A stretch of 64,000 bases of DNA from Leptogorgia sarmentosa (Eukaryota). Below are positions 1 to 14,200 of this stretch, one piece after another (the stretch's first letter is position 1; each line of letters starts with the position of its first letter). The DNA is taken from positions 11,904,001 to 11,968,000 of the forward strand of contig OZ210885.1 in NCBI GenBank assembly GCA_964658305.1. Reading direction: 5' to 3'. The notes beneath the pieces are model-generated. The model was not told the DNA's origin. It saw only the letters and a program-made list of their open reading frames with translations, and did no database searches. The position numbers and the translations under genes were made by a program.

Positions 1-732
1 TCTCTGTCAGACCAATGTTATCAAAATATGCTGTATAATTTATTCATACATGATCTGGGAAATATGTCGTATTCATCAAATTTTAGTGCAAATGAAAACT
101 ACACCTATGGTCACTTTAATTTTTGCAAAAATCTTTCTATTACTATGTCAACAATTAAGAAGATAGATAGATAGATAAAACTTTTATTCACATTGGGTAG
201 TCCCGTCAGTAATAAAAATAACTGTTATCAACGGGAGCCCTATAGACATATTGTAGAGTTCAGTACTGCAGAAAATCAACGAAAGCAACAATACAAGATA
301 GGGTAATGAAAGATGTACAACAGGTAAAATTATGTTGCATTGGATGTCATGCGCTTAATTTCCTACGTTTATCCCTCATTAAAATCTTTCTAAAGCCCAA
401 GTCGTCCATTGCAAATAAGCACGACTATAGCCACAAGCCAATTAGTATATCAGTGTAATAAATAGAAATTCTTGTAGCGTTGCGAACAAATGGATGACTG
501 AAAATTACTTTGATGGCGTTCATCTTCGCTATCTTTTCAATTCATCAATAACCGATTTCAAGAAGCAGTACGTCTAAGTGTGACTGTTAAATATCGTAAT
601 AAATTAATACAATTACACAAAACAGAATGTGTTGTATGTTAAGCTTAATGTTATGTATCGGGTCTTCGTTGTTGCCTTGCCTGCATAACGATCCTTTCGC
701 TAAATTAGATATAGCTGCTAGAGTGAACCCAC

Positions 733-976
733 CTGATGTAACTGGTACGACCTTCATAACAGGAAAGGCACTTTCCAGTGTGGAAACACCACAACCTCAC
801 ACTTCCTTCCTTGTCTCCAGAGATAATATTCTTTTTATCATCGCTCAAAGCGACACTGGTAATATCGGATTCATGACCCTTAAGAGTACGAATTTCTTGA
901 TAAGTTTTTAAATCCCAAATTTTTATTGTCCCATCGTCTGAACCAGACACGAGCATTGGATTGTTTTTTCCTGAAT
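733..976 (-). CDS. WD40 exon
   Basis: LVSGSDDGTIKIWD...LKGHESDITSV...IISGDKEGSVRLW; acceptor tctcttttag. Confidence 0.88.
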
Positions 977-3900
977 CTAAAAGAGAAACTTCGCACTTTA
1001 GTCGAACTGGCACAAAAAAACAAGGGAAAGCAAAGTACATGATATCCTAAATATATTCAATAACTCGATCGCTGACAGGAGAAATTTTTATATATGCATT
1101 CTGCATGTCCAGGCAATGGATTCTACAGTAGTAGAATACCGAAAGTTTATTTTGTTGGTACCGTTAGGATATTGAAGAGAAATTGACGCAAAAAGAAATT
1201 CCAATGTGTCAGGATAAATTTGAAATACTCAAAATATGGGCGAACCGTCTGGCAAGTACAATAGTCATGATCACGAATGAATTGTGCAAAGTAACATTAT
1301 TCTTCCAGTTAGTTTTGCATAAGCATAATGTTAAAGCTCATTACGACCGCGAGGAGGTTATGTATAATCATCCTGGTTTGTTTGTGAAATATCGAACATC
1401 TTGCACAATTGTTTGCCATTACACAAGGAAGAGATGATTACATTTTGGTTCAATTCGGCTGAGAATCAAGCAAAACATTTATGAAAAAAAACTTTCGTTC
1501 CTTTATTTTTAATGCGTAATGAAGTTAATTGATATTCTGGATGTGTTGTGTGAATTAGTATATTTACGGTACCAAATTTGGGTGAAAATTTATTAAGCCC
1601 CCACCATCTACTTGCCGCCTGAAAGCAGGAAAACAGAAATATCCCCCAATATCTCACAACAATTATAAAACAGGTCAAACTATATAAATTTTGTCTGTTG
1701 GAAGAAGAGGGTCTGAAGTCAAGATGGACAAGATAAGTCAAACGACACCTGGCTATATGTATATCTTGGCAATGGACAGTATATCTAAAACAATATTACT
1801 TTACAAACAACATTCATGTTGGCTTCGATCCATTTGTTACTTTATCTATATAATTTCATAAGTTAAAAACAAATGGTATAAAATGCTGTCATATTCTGTT
1901 GTATTGAATTCTATTATATATTGTAGTTCAATTTGATACATGTGCATTAATTAGATACATGTGAAACGGCTAGAATTGTTCTTGGTTGATGTATCCCTAT
2001 GAAATGCATTTCAGAGCAGTGGCGTAGGATGGTGGGGCACTTTCACCCCCAACTTTCATGGTTATAAGTGCCGTTTTAAAAAAGAAATTGACCTTCTTTC
2101 ATGCCTAGGATTTGTACAGCATTCTGATAGACATGAGAATTTGCCCAAATGTACTAAAATATTTTGTAGGATTCCATCATTCATTAGCTTTTAAATGTTT
2201 TTTTTCCAAGATGCCGCCTTCCTGATTGCAAGTTGCAAATACAGGAGCAAGTTTTTATTTAAAGTTGCAACATTTAATAGTAAAGGTTTGGATTCTGTTG
2301 TCCTTGTGCCTCCCCCTCCCCTACAAACTACAACTTGATTCCTATGCCCTTGTTTCAGAGCTTGCTTTTATTTTTACGGCACACTATTATTACTTACAAG
2401 AGGTCTCAACGCTAATAAAATATACAATACCCTAAATGCCAAGTCTTTTGAATCTACTTGTACAGTATCACAATTTATACATTAAGGTCTGCGACACAGG
2501 GTAATCAGTTGAAATATACACAAACAAGCAAATTGTCTCAAAGTATATTTAGAAAGCTAGCATAGATAAATCTAATGGCCATTTTAAAATACTCTTAGCA
2601 TATACAAATACAACCAGCCTAAAAATTTGAAAGAAATGAGAAAGTCCTAAAATAGTGCTTGTACATGAAAGCACTGGCTACCACCATACTAACATTTAAG
2701 GAAAGACTTTGCTTTCTTTCTAGGCATAATTTTTAATTACAATATTAGAATGCTGTTGCAAGCAGGTATTTTTGTGCAATAATTGGGAACATTTATTCCA
2801 AAACATGATATTCCCGTCCAATCATTGCTTTATTGAACCATTAAGGAAGTTTATAATAAATATTATTATTTATTTCAAATAATTCAAGAGTTTTGATTGG
2901 TTAAGAGCAGTGCAATAAATCCTCATATTCGACATTATGACGTCATAATGTCGTATATGGAAAATTATACGACACTATGACGTCGACTAATTTATTCTGC
3001 ATATGCCAAAAGCGGGAAAATTGTGGAAATACAAATGGCTTCCTCAAAGGAAAGGTTCGCCGACCTTGGAGAAGCTGAAATCAGAAAATTGCTGGAAGAC
3101 AGGGACTCAGTGAACACAAAAAAATCTACAAAAGGAAGCAAAGCGATTTTTGAAGAGTATCTACGAGAGAAGAAGCTTCACCATCCAGAGAATAGCGAAG
3201 AACTAGCTTCGGTTCTCAAAAGCTTTTATGCGGAAGTGAGAAAAAAAGACGGGTCAGAATACACAAAAAATTCGCTGTGTTCATTAAGATTTGGACTGAA
3301 TAGACATTTTAAGTCTGTTTTCAACTACGATATTATCAAGGATAAAGAATTTGACGAAGCAAATAGCGTGTACGAGGCTCAGTGCGTATATTTAAAGAAA
3401 CGAGGACTTGCCAAAACCGAACACAAGCCGCCAATAGCCGACGAAGACATCAAAAAACTATATGAAAGCGGCGTTTTTAATACAGACAGTCCCGCTACTT
3501 TGCAAAACAAAGTGTTCTTTGAAATTTTGTTCTTTTTCTGTCGTCGGGGAAGACAGAATCTTCGCCAACTAAAGAAAGACGACTTCGCTATTAAAATAAA
3601 CGCGCAAGGACAGCGATGTGTTGTCAAGAAATCGGACGAACTTACAAAAAACCACCGGGTGAACGACGCTCAAGCCGAGGAAGGGGGAATGATGGTTGCG
3701 AACGATAGTCCCTACTGTCCTGTGTATTCGTTCGAGAAATATTTGACCCATCTAAATCCACTCAACGAGTTTCTTTTCCAAAGACCGAAGCGTTGCAGTC
3801 CTTCTGACGGGATCATTTGGTATGACAATATGGTCGTCGGCGAAAACACGCTTGGGAAGAAGATGAAAGTACTATCAAAAGAAGCAAAGCTTTCCGTTGA

Positions 3901-6900
3901 ATATACAAACCACTCGATTCGTGCAACCACAATTACAATCCTCGACAGAAATGGCTATGAAGCGAGACACATCATGTCCGTCAGTGGTCACAAGAGTGAG
4001 AGCAGTTTAAAGAGCTACACCAAAACGGGCGAATTAACGAAGAGCAGAATGGCGGGTTGTTTGTCTTCTGCAATTGATTCAAGTGAACATCACATAGCCG
4101 AAACTCCATCTAACGCCATCAACCCTGACATGTCTGCCCTGGCTACGGTAAGCGAAAATAATGATGAAGTTGGGCCTCTTTTAACAAGCTCACAAGAGGA
4201 ATTGATCATGCGTGATTTCAGCTTCCAGACGACAACACAAACGTCCAAACAATATAATTTTTACAACTGTCAAGTTAACTTTAAGGCGTAAACTGTTAAT
4301 ATTTAGATTCGTGTGAGAACAATTGAACAACACTATTCATTTTGTCGATCATTTGTATTGTGTGTGTTTTCTCGATTATTTATATTTTTATATAAATATT
4401 GTGTTTATTTTCCTCGATTATTTGCATTTTTGTAATTATAAATACTCTGTATATTTGAATTGTTTATATTGGAATGTGAATGTAACATTCTTCCATGAGT
4501 TTTATATTGAGTTGAAAGAAATTTGTTTGATTTAATTCTTGTTTAGCTATGTTGAATTGCTTTGACTGCGACCTTGAAATGTACAACAGCTATAAGAACA
4601 TTTTTCCTTTTAGTCTGATTGGCTTATTCAGTCTTGCGAACACTATATTATTGTTCTATTTCCAGCATCTTGCAATTGCGTGTTTTTGCAAGCGCTATAT
4701 ACAAATAAATAATAAAACAATTATTGAATTCGGTCCTCGTAGGATATGAGGAATTATTCAGGCCTCGGTTTGTGTTATCTGCCTCAGCCTTCGGCTTCGG
4801 CAGATAACACAAACCTCGGCCTGAATAATTCCTCATATCCTACGAGGACCGAATTCAATAATTGTTTAATATGTTTTATCCGAATGAAATAACAAATATA
4901 ATTCTGAAGAGATTCTATTGAAGTAAGATCTTCAAAATGTTATGAAATATTAACTCATACAGTATTGCATACCTGTTGCGACAACACATGTCACCCAATC
5001 TGTATGGCCAACCAAACTGGTCTCAAAATTTAGTGTATCGGCTTTCCACAACTTGATAGTCTCGCCAGTATATCCAACAGTAGCAATGAACTGTCCATCT
5101 TTGGTCGTACACAGCGACTCGACTCTCTCAGGAATACTTGTTGAGAGGTTTTCTCCGGTAGATACACAATACACTTTCAGCCCTACAACGCATGATGGAT
5201 ACTCGTCAGACTGATGTTTCAATAATGTCTAACCCTAGACGATTTTTTGAAATCTTGTTTTTAATTGTGTCCCTCTCCGGCGCTGAACATGCTCTGGCTG
5301 TTGCTGGCTTATGTTTTTACACTGCGTTTCACTGCGCTCTACACGACGTTTACAGTTAACCGCTGGTTTGAAGATACGCAGTCGCTGGAATCCTCAAACC
5401 AGCTGTTGCAATTATTGTTTGAATATGAACAATTTGTACTTTTGGCGAAGGTTGAGAGGTGCTACTAAAACAGACGTATCTGGTTTTCCCAGGAAATCAT
5501 TTTACTACAGCTACGTTGTAAAACTGCTGTTCCTGGCATCAAACACAAAAAGAATTAATGAACATGGTCCAATCACACGATACGATGCCGTTTGTAATAT
5601 TTCATAAACGAGTGCTTGTGTTTTACCGGGGTTTCCAAACACGCGAGAATAATTGAATTAACGAGACTGTTCACCGCGCGATTTTTATTGTTCTCGAGAG
5701 TTTGTAAAACACGAAAGGCAATGAAAGCACGAGGCCGGTACGGCCGAGTGGGTTTTATTGTCTTGAGTGTTTTACATACACGAGAGAACAATAAAGAAAA
5801 TCGCGCGGTGAACAGTCGAGTTAATTCAATTATTCTCGCGTGTTTGGAAACCCCGGTAAAATAACATTTCTACAAGCTTTTTTGCAATTGTCGGAAATTT
5901 CCGCACGCGCACGGCATTTACTAAAACAGGATAAATCAGGTTGCGCAATAGTCTGAAACATGTGGAAAACATGCGTTTGATTACGTAGGGTGCGTTATTC
6001 GTATGTTTTTCAGTCTTGGATAAACTCACTTCTGGTTTATTCGCACGCCACATAAAAAGCACGACAGGTGTCCCAGGAATCTCGCCCTCCCTCCATAATT
6101 TCCACCCCCCGGGGGACGAAATTCCTAGGAAATTTGCCCCCGTTTAGGAAATTCTCCCCCCTCTAGAAACTTCATCTTTCCTTAAGGAAGACCTTTTTAT
6201 CTATACCCTTGTAAAAAAGTAGAAATATAAAATTTTCTACGGCGATTTCATTGGTACTACTCCGAAGAACTGAATATCAGTGGTTGCAGAGTTATGATCG
6301 AACTAAAGGTCGAAACTATGTATCTATAATTAGTATTCTAGGTCACAATTTCCTGCGATGTATATTTCAATGCCTTCAAGTCAAAAAATTTTCCTTGTAT
6401 TGCAATTTATATATATGAACATTGCTTAAATATATAGAGTTTTTACGCTGAATAAAAAAAGTGTATTTTTGTCCTTGTTGGGTGCGTAAAACCAGAGATA
6501 CGGCAGCCAATTGTAGTGATAGGACGAATTCGATCTAAATTAATATGGTGTTGGAGAGAAAGAGTACTTTTCGTAAGAAATTCATGGGAGTCAACCTAAA
6601 TCTTTCAAGTCAATCTTTTAAATTGTGCTTGGATGTTGACAGTATATTAATTGTTGTATATTACAGTCGAACTTTTTTGTTGTCATTGTTTCTGCTTTGT
6701 AGGAACTTATTTTAGTGTTCTTCTTTTTACGGAACGTTATTGCCTTTTGGATATAATTGATGCAGTAGTGATGTTAATTAAATTTATCGGCAATAATATG
6801 TTCTACAAGAAATAGCAGAATTCAAATGCAAATAATATGTAGAATTCAGGAGAATATTTTGTAGAGTTAGCATAGTAAAAATGTGAAGCTAAGAGGTATA

Positions 6901-9900
6901 ATAAAGAGGCCATCCACAACAGTTCAACCGAGGTTCAACCAACCAACGTAAAACAAACATTTTGTGATCGTACTTTCAAGTATTTTTATTTGAAGAAAAA
7001 ATATTTTAATTTAATCAAAGATAATCCAATATTGAATTTGGTACCGGCGGGGTAACATATTTCCGAAAGTATGATCATTTGACAAACATAGTATGAAAAG
7101 GATTTAATTTTTTCTCTAATGGCATCGTTGCTGGCGTTCCTTCAGAACCGTTAAATCCGTACCCGTCAGCAAAATCTTATTTCTTATCGAAACTCGCGCA
7201 CTTTAATGCTAACTTTTAAGCAGAGCGGAAGTCGAGAAAACGTTTCTGCAGATTTTCGTTTACCTAATCTGAACAACATTTTGATATCCTTGTTTGACTT
7301 GTGTTTAAGATGCTTACCGTCTTCTGTTCCAATAAACACTCGCTGATCATCTGCACTGAAATCCAGGGCATTAACTCTACTCTTCCCTTGGAACACAAAA
7401 AGCTGTTCATAACTATCCATTCTCCAAAGGATTGTACTTCCGTCCCACGACCCTGACGCTAGTATTGTTCCACTTTGTGACGCAGCCAAACAGCTAACTA
7501 CTCCAGAATGTCCCTGTAGTTGTTGAACTTCTCTCCCTGTTTATAAAATAAGATAGCACGTAAAGAAAAGGGTGTAATAGATCATTTTCACTCACATCGT
7601 GGCTATATTGGGAGTATTTTTCAAAACATTTCGGCGATAAAATAAATGATTGAGACAAGTAACTACATTAACTAACCTATCAGCTACATTCTGCTTACAA
7701 CGCTGACTTTCATTTTTACTATTACGTCCCTATAGCAACTTAAACAGCAATGTAAACGATAGAAAAACACCGAAACGATCTTTAATACTAAAAAAAAGTA
7801 ACTGTAATTTTGTGGAATTTACTGTGGCGTGTTTCACAGGCGTGTGTTTTCATTCGTTACTTCTTGGGATTTCATAAAAGTATGCCCTCATCTTTGTTGT
7901 GCAAGTACATAGATATAGGTATCGAGCCAACTGGGGTTGATAGCGAAATTTACTAATTTGAGTATGCGAAATAACTCTGTAATGTGACGTCTTAAACGCT
8001 TGGGTAAGACTCGCTACTGGTCCCTGTTAGTGTTGGCTTGATAACTAAAGTGGTAGAATAACGGTCAAGTAACCTATACACGTAATTTATTGCTGTTTTG
8101 ATGTAACAAATTATATATTCGTTTATTAAATCGTAAATTTCACCAACCACATACTATACAAACATAGGTTTAATTGTAGAGCAGCCACACTTATGGCTGT
8201 TTTCCAATGCCGAACAGTTTACTGAAATTTATAATATATTTACTACTGTTTAGATAAAATTTAGTGGCTGATGTTGGTGGTAGAACAGAAAGTAGATTAT
8301 TGGAAAGCATGAATGAGGCCATAAACAGGAAAAGTTCTATACAGTGAATACCAATGATTGCACAGGAATGTTGTCCTACTTGTATTTGTAATTCCTGAAC
8401 TTTCACAATTTAAAATTGGCAGATTTCATTTATGCACACGATTTCTTAATAATTAATAATATGTTGCAGACAAAAGCATTCCCTCCAGCCATTTGTGAGA
8501 TTATTTATTTTTTACCCAGTAAACATTGATCCTGTTCAAGAAATGACCGAATTAATTGTTATCCCAGCGTAAATCTGGGTGAACATGTCTCTTCAAGTAT
8601 CTAATCCAAATTTCAAATATCATCATAAGACGACGACTACCGTACATGATTGGCTAATTTTCTAATGAATTATCAATTACTTTGAGTGTAAAGCTTTGTT
8701 CCCTCACCCATATCAACTGCATATTAACTATATTCTCATTTCAATGAATAACCAAGATCAAAGCTTTTGTTTAGCTAAAAAGGCATGTATGAAGATGTTT
8801 AAAATATAGTCATAATATATACGCTATAATTCAATTTGTCTGCTTCCAAAACTGAAACTTTTCTCAAAAACCGGGGCAGTGGGCTACAGGTCTTAAAAAT
8901 TTGGATAGTTATCCGTGTAACGAAATGAGATTCGGATGGCGTAATATTATTAATACTTACTTATTTGCGCGAAATATGACGTGTGCATACAGTGGTTTAT
9001 TTTACACTGCACCAATATAGTTTTTTTTAAATTTTATGAAACTGTAACTATCACAAGACTTTTCTGCCATTCCTAATGGAAAGACAACTGCATTGTGGAT
9101 AAGTTCAAAAATGGTGTCATAGCAATTTTGTAGCAGAGGATTAGGGACATTAAGATCTACAACGTGATCAACTCGACGACGAGCTTTCCGAACAAACAAA
9201 TTTTTATGCTGAACAAAAACCAAGCATAAATTGTGGTATCAACGGCTTTGTTGTCATCAACGCAACGTTAAGCCAAGCATTATAACGTCTTCAAAGCAAC
9301 GTGAAGGCTGATTACAACGTGAGAGCTGTAACTTCAAGTTGACTCGGCAGCAACGATCGCATTGCTCTAGCTGAACCTGTGTAGCTGTTTTTTGAAAAAA
9401 TTCCAACATCTTTTTAAAGCATAAAAAGGTCTGCACTAATTTTCAAGCTAAAATTTAGACCCCGTCTTCGTGTTTGTGGCGTTGTTGATATTAAGGTCCC
9501 TACTATCAATTATTGGACGACGTCCCACGAAATACCGCGAGTTATCGTTGGCGAGCGGATCAATTATTTGCCGATTCCGAAAAGAGAAGCACGTAAGTAA
9601 TCTGAGAACAACCGATATATAACTGAAGCAAAGCATAGCCACATTACCTAGAGTGGTGCGAAGCATAATGGGACGAGCCCTGAGGCCATTGGGTTCCAGT
9701 GACCTTGAGGCCCTGTCCACACGTATCCGGATACTTTTGAGAACGGAGACTTTTCCCTCCGTTTATGAAAAAATTCGCCGCGTCCACACGTAGCGTATTC
9801 GAATCGTTTACACGGAGGAAATTTGATAGCGCTCGGTGTAGAGCATGCGCATTGCTCAAATTGCTCAGTAATATGAGATGTTTAAGCGATCACAGGCCTG

Positions 9901-11160
9901 ATTTTACGTCATCGCTTTCGAAAGCGTCCACTCTGGAGAGCGTTTTCGAAATGCTCCGGTTTCGTTTGCCGAAAACGCCGGATACGTGTGGACGCAACGT
10001 ACTGCACCAAGCCAAACATGTACTTTATTAAAACCTTTCTATCTATTTAGTTCATTATCAGCGCTAAAAACAAGAATTAAAGCTGAAGGCTCGTAAAAAG
10101 TTTTTTTACAAGAATCATTTGAAACTGCAAAGTTTTGTTAATTAATGTGTTATTGCAACGAATTTTGCGACCTCATTTTTTTGTCCTAAATAAATATTCA
10201 GGTGGAAAGATGAAATTTGGTGTATAGATGACTTTTGTCACCCGTTAAACAAAGACCTCAACGGGTAGTACCCGATATTTCTCAATTGAGAACATGGGTA
10301 ATGCCCACGCTGGACCATCGTCTAAGTAGCCTGGCCTGGTAAATTATGAACAGTAATTGCCCGGGTCTATAATCATATGCATTTAGCCAGGCCAGAGTGG
10401 TGAGCAGCGAGCTCGATGTAGCTCAAGTGGTAAGGCGCCCGGTGCGTGCGTTACAGTTCTATAGTTCAAGCCCCAGTTCGACACATTTTTTCAGCGTTAG
10501 TGATGAAAACTTTTTTTTCCTCAATATTTTTCTGACCACAATGGTCAGGGTTAGGATTCTAGGGTTTGGGTTGGGATTAAGGAAATTCTTAGTATATAGA
10601 AAAATGGTTTATATCTAACACTAATATAACTATATCAAGAGTAATACTGAAACGCCGACCAGCAAGCTTAGGCGATAGTCCAGCGTGGGCATTACCCGTG
10701 TTCTCAATTGAGAAATATTGGGTACTACCCGTTGAGGTCTTTGTTCAACGGCTGCTTTTGTACGTTGAGTGGAAGTAGCTAAATTTCGCCTCCGAACTTC
10801 GATATCGGATGGGAACAAAACAGCCGCCATCTTGTCACCTTGTGACGTCACAAGTGTAACACGTTTAGCGAAGCTACTAGTAAATTCTGTTACGTTAGAG
10901 CTATACTGTGTTTTTCTCGTCCTTTTTTGGCCGGAAAAAAGTTCTTTTGTAACAAAACGTGACCATGGGCATATATATATATACAGCTGGCGCAAGAGGA
11001 TGCCGCCTATGTTTAGAGGAAAAACTCTATATACTTAAGAACATGGTGTATGACCTGATGAGTGTGGCAAGCATTGCTTGTCATACGAAACAAATTTGTA
11101 GTGAATAAAATCTTATGAAGTAAACCAAGTTTATTTTATCTTATCTTATTCTTATCTTAT

Positions 11161-11220
<60 letters not shown>

Positions 11221-14200
11221 AGATAAAATATATATATATATATAGCAGAACCAGGGGAAACGAGTTGTGTTCCAGAAGATCCAGATGGATTGTTGCCAGC
11301 AACTCTTGAACAAAGAAGCGACGGTAGAATAACTCTGGAACAGTGATAAGTGAAGATTCAAGACTGTGAAGCCTAATTAAAATAGCCGACGTATGCTAAA
11401 TTTAAATTTATATTTCATTGCTTTTATTTAATATTCATCTGTAATGATATATTCTTAATTTTGATATCAATATATTGATATTAGTATAATTATTGTTTCC
11501 ACATTACCGTTTCCACGTTCTCATTTTCAATTATTAGATTTGTAAATACTTAAGCTGGGGCAGAATAAATTGATTTGATATAGAAAATAGTCGTAATTCA
11601 TAGCAAGTTCATTTACCTTGTCTGTATGCTTAATATTAGTTAACAAATTTCATCAACGTTTGCTTATACGGTATAAACATTCATGTAAATCGTTGCGTTG
11701 AAGGTATTTTATTTTGTTTTTCAAACCAGCGCAGGACGTGCACGAACTACGAGTTATAGAAGTTGTTGTTGTCACTGGGCATGCCGTCACTGGGCAAGTC
11801 AAAGGGTGTATCATCATCAATATCGTGACTTGTCATTGCTATCTCTTCAACTTTTGCTGGAGAAGACACCAATTTCACTGGCGACAATCTTTCACTGCCA
11901 CGAATTACCTAAAAATATACGAATAATTTAAATATAAAGTGCTTCGCATATTATAAAATTTACCATGTGCATGGACGAAGAATGCGCCTTTGCACGCATG
12001 ATATAATACTCGTGTTATTTACCTGTAATCGTTTTCGCTCTGTGATTTGCTGTTCGGCCGGTGGTATAATTCCAGCTACATCAATCGTAGGAACAGCATC
12101 TTCTTTCAATCTCCTTTTAATATTTAGCGATCATGGCCAGAAATGAAGGACAACATGGCCGGCAGTCATGCGCATTAGACATTCGCCAAAAAATTCAAAA
12201 TGGCGCCAATCTATAGATTTGTTAAGAGAAAATTCAAAATACGCATTTTGTGTTGGATCGCGTTAAGAATTTATACGGTCCCACGTCTACAAATTTATTA
12301 AATAAGGTCAGTATCAACTCGCGAAAATCTGGTAGCAATCCGAGTAGCGGAAATATGTTCCCGAGCGATCGATATTTATACTTCTCAGCATGTATATAAA
12401 CGCCTACTAAATCGACACGATTTGCCAAAGTGACGTTTTTCAAGACATAAATTTGGCGACATATGGTCGAGTTTTCGCACGGTCCCACGTCCCACCGAAT
12501 TTGAGGTGAATTATACTCTGTTTTTAGCAGCATTTCAGGGCTCAATGGCTCCTTTAAACCTGTTCCCGAACGCCTTGAAATATAGAATTTTCATGCTAAA
12601 AATTTGATGTAAAATAGTCCATGAAGCGCTCAAAAATAGTTCTTTAACTAGCGTAACCAAGCGAAATATCGCTCTTCGCTTCGTTTCTTGTTGCCATTTT
12701 ACATTCCTGAGCTGTTGCCTGGTTACCAGGGTAGATACCGCTGTATTATTGTTAAATTTGTTCGTATATTCATGGTATATTCATAAATAAAAAGCGCCAT
12801 TTGCCGCGAAATTCAAAATTTTTGGCTTTGTTTGCGAAGAATCGTTCTGAGATTTCACGAATAAAGGGATTGCTTTTGCTAGTGTTGATATTTACATTTA
12901 TTTTATTTGGTTGTACTTGTTTTATACTGATTTTCAATCGAGTATAATGTCTGATGGTCCACTGTTGGGTGGACCGCCATTTTGAATTTTTGAAATTTTG
13001 AGCCCACAGGTCAAGCCGCTGGGTGTCCTTCATTTCTGGCCATGTTTGCTAATTCTAGATTCATATCATAGCTACGGATCTTCGAAGTGGGCTCAAAAAT
13101 ACCAAGAGTTCGCCGTTGCGTGAAAACCCTGTCTATGTTTACAGACGAATTTCACGCACTTATTCCCTCTCTGAGCATCTGTTTCTTCATTAGGGAATAG
13201 ATACATAGATATTTCTTCAGTTTTGCTATCATTGGCGCAGCTAACTAAGTTAGGACCGCCAGCAACGCAGAGTTTTCCTCCGCGAGTACCTTTACGTCTA
13301 TTAGAAATATACGCCATGTTGAAAATGTGTTACACTTGTGACGTCACACGGCATTAAGATGGTGGTCGAAAAGTTCGCACGGAAGTAGCCAAAAATCGCA
13401 ACTTCGAAAGGCCATAAAATCCGTTTGAAAAGAGCAATTGTAATTCTGTTTGCGGTGAACATATTCGAAGGGTAAGTACTTTAAAATATGCCAATAAAAA
13501 GGGGTCGAAAATTCGTTGCAGTAACACTTTAATAACCAACCAAAATAGTGTGATTACGTATCGAATTTTCGGTTTAACCCAGATAGTAGCAATTAACTTC
13601 CACTGACAGTTCGATATTAGCCCAGTAGAAATTCAATTCAAATCCATCAAGAGTTGCAATAGCTAAAAGGGGAAAAAGTTGCAGGGTACAATTGCAGAAA
13701 CTTCCTAAAATTAAGATACAGATCGAACATCCAAAATTCTACTCGTGCTATGACAACGATTGTTTTCTATTTCGTCCCTTCCTTTCCTTACTTCATTCAT
13801 TATGTAAGAACTAACATCATTATACCGACTGTGATCATACTCAACGTCAAGAAAATTAACAAAATTTTCTCTGTGACTACACAGGCTGTATAAAAAACCT
13901 GAACAAATTTTAAAAAGCTCTTAACTTCGCGAAGCGACTCGGAGTGAGAAGTTATTGATTAACATACATTGTTTGGGCACTTATAATAATTAAGAAATAG
14001 ATAACGAGTCGCGTGCCATTATGCTGTTATAATGCACGAGGGAAATGTTGGGAGAATACGAGAGAATCGCGTAAAACACGAGGCGTAGCCGCGTGTTTTA
14101 CGCGATTCTCGAGTATTCTCACAACATGCCCGAGTGCAATTATAACAGCATAATGGCACGCGACGAGTTTTTCTATTTCTTTTATAATATAAGAAAATAT

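Larger units (their letters stand above)
10146..13528 (-). mobile_element. Kolobok-like non-autonomous element, copy 1, with THAP remnant and nested insertions
   Basis: TTAA flanks, TIRs (A/T)GTGTTA(C/T)TGCAACGAATTTT, THAP-like peptide CVAGGPNLVSCAN...MYLFP at 13093-13317. Collinear with 17155-19135. Confidence 0.75.

Noticed and set aside
10410..10480. Functional tRNA gene
   Set aside because: A- and B-box-like motifs are present but I cannot form a convincing acceptor stem or cloverleaf.
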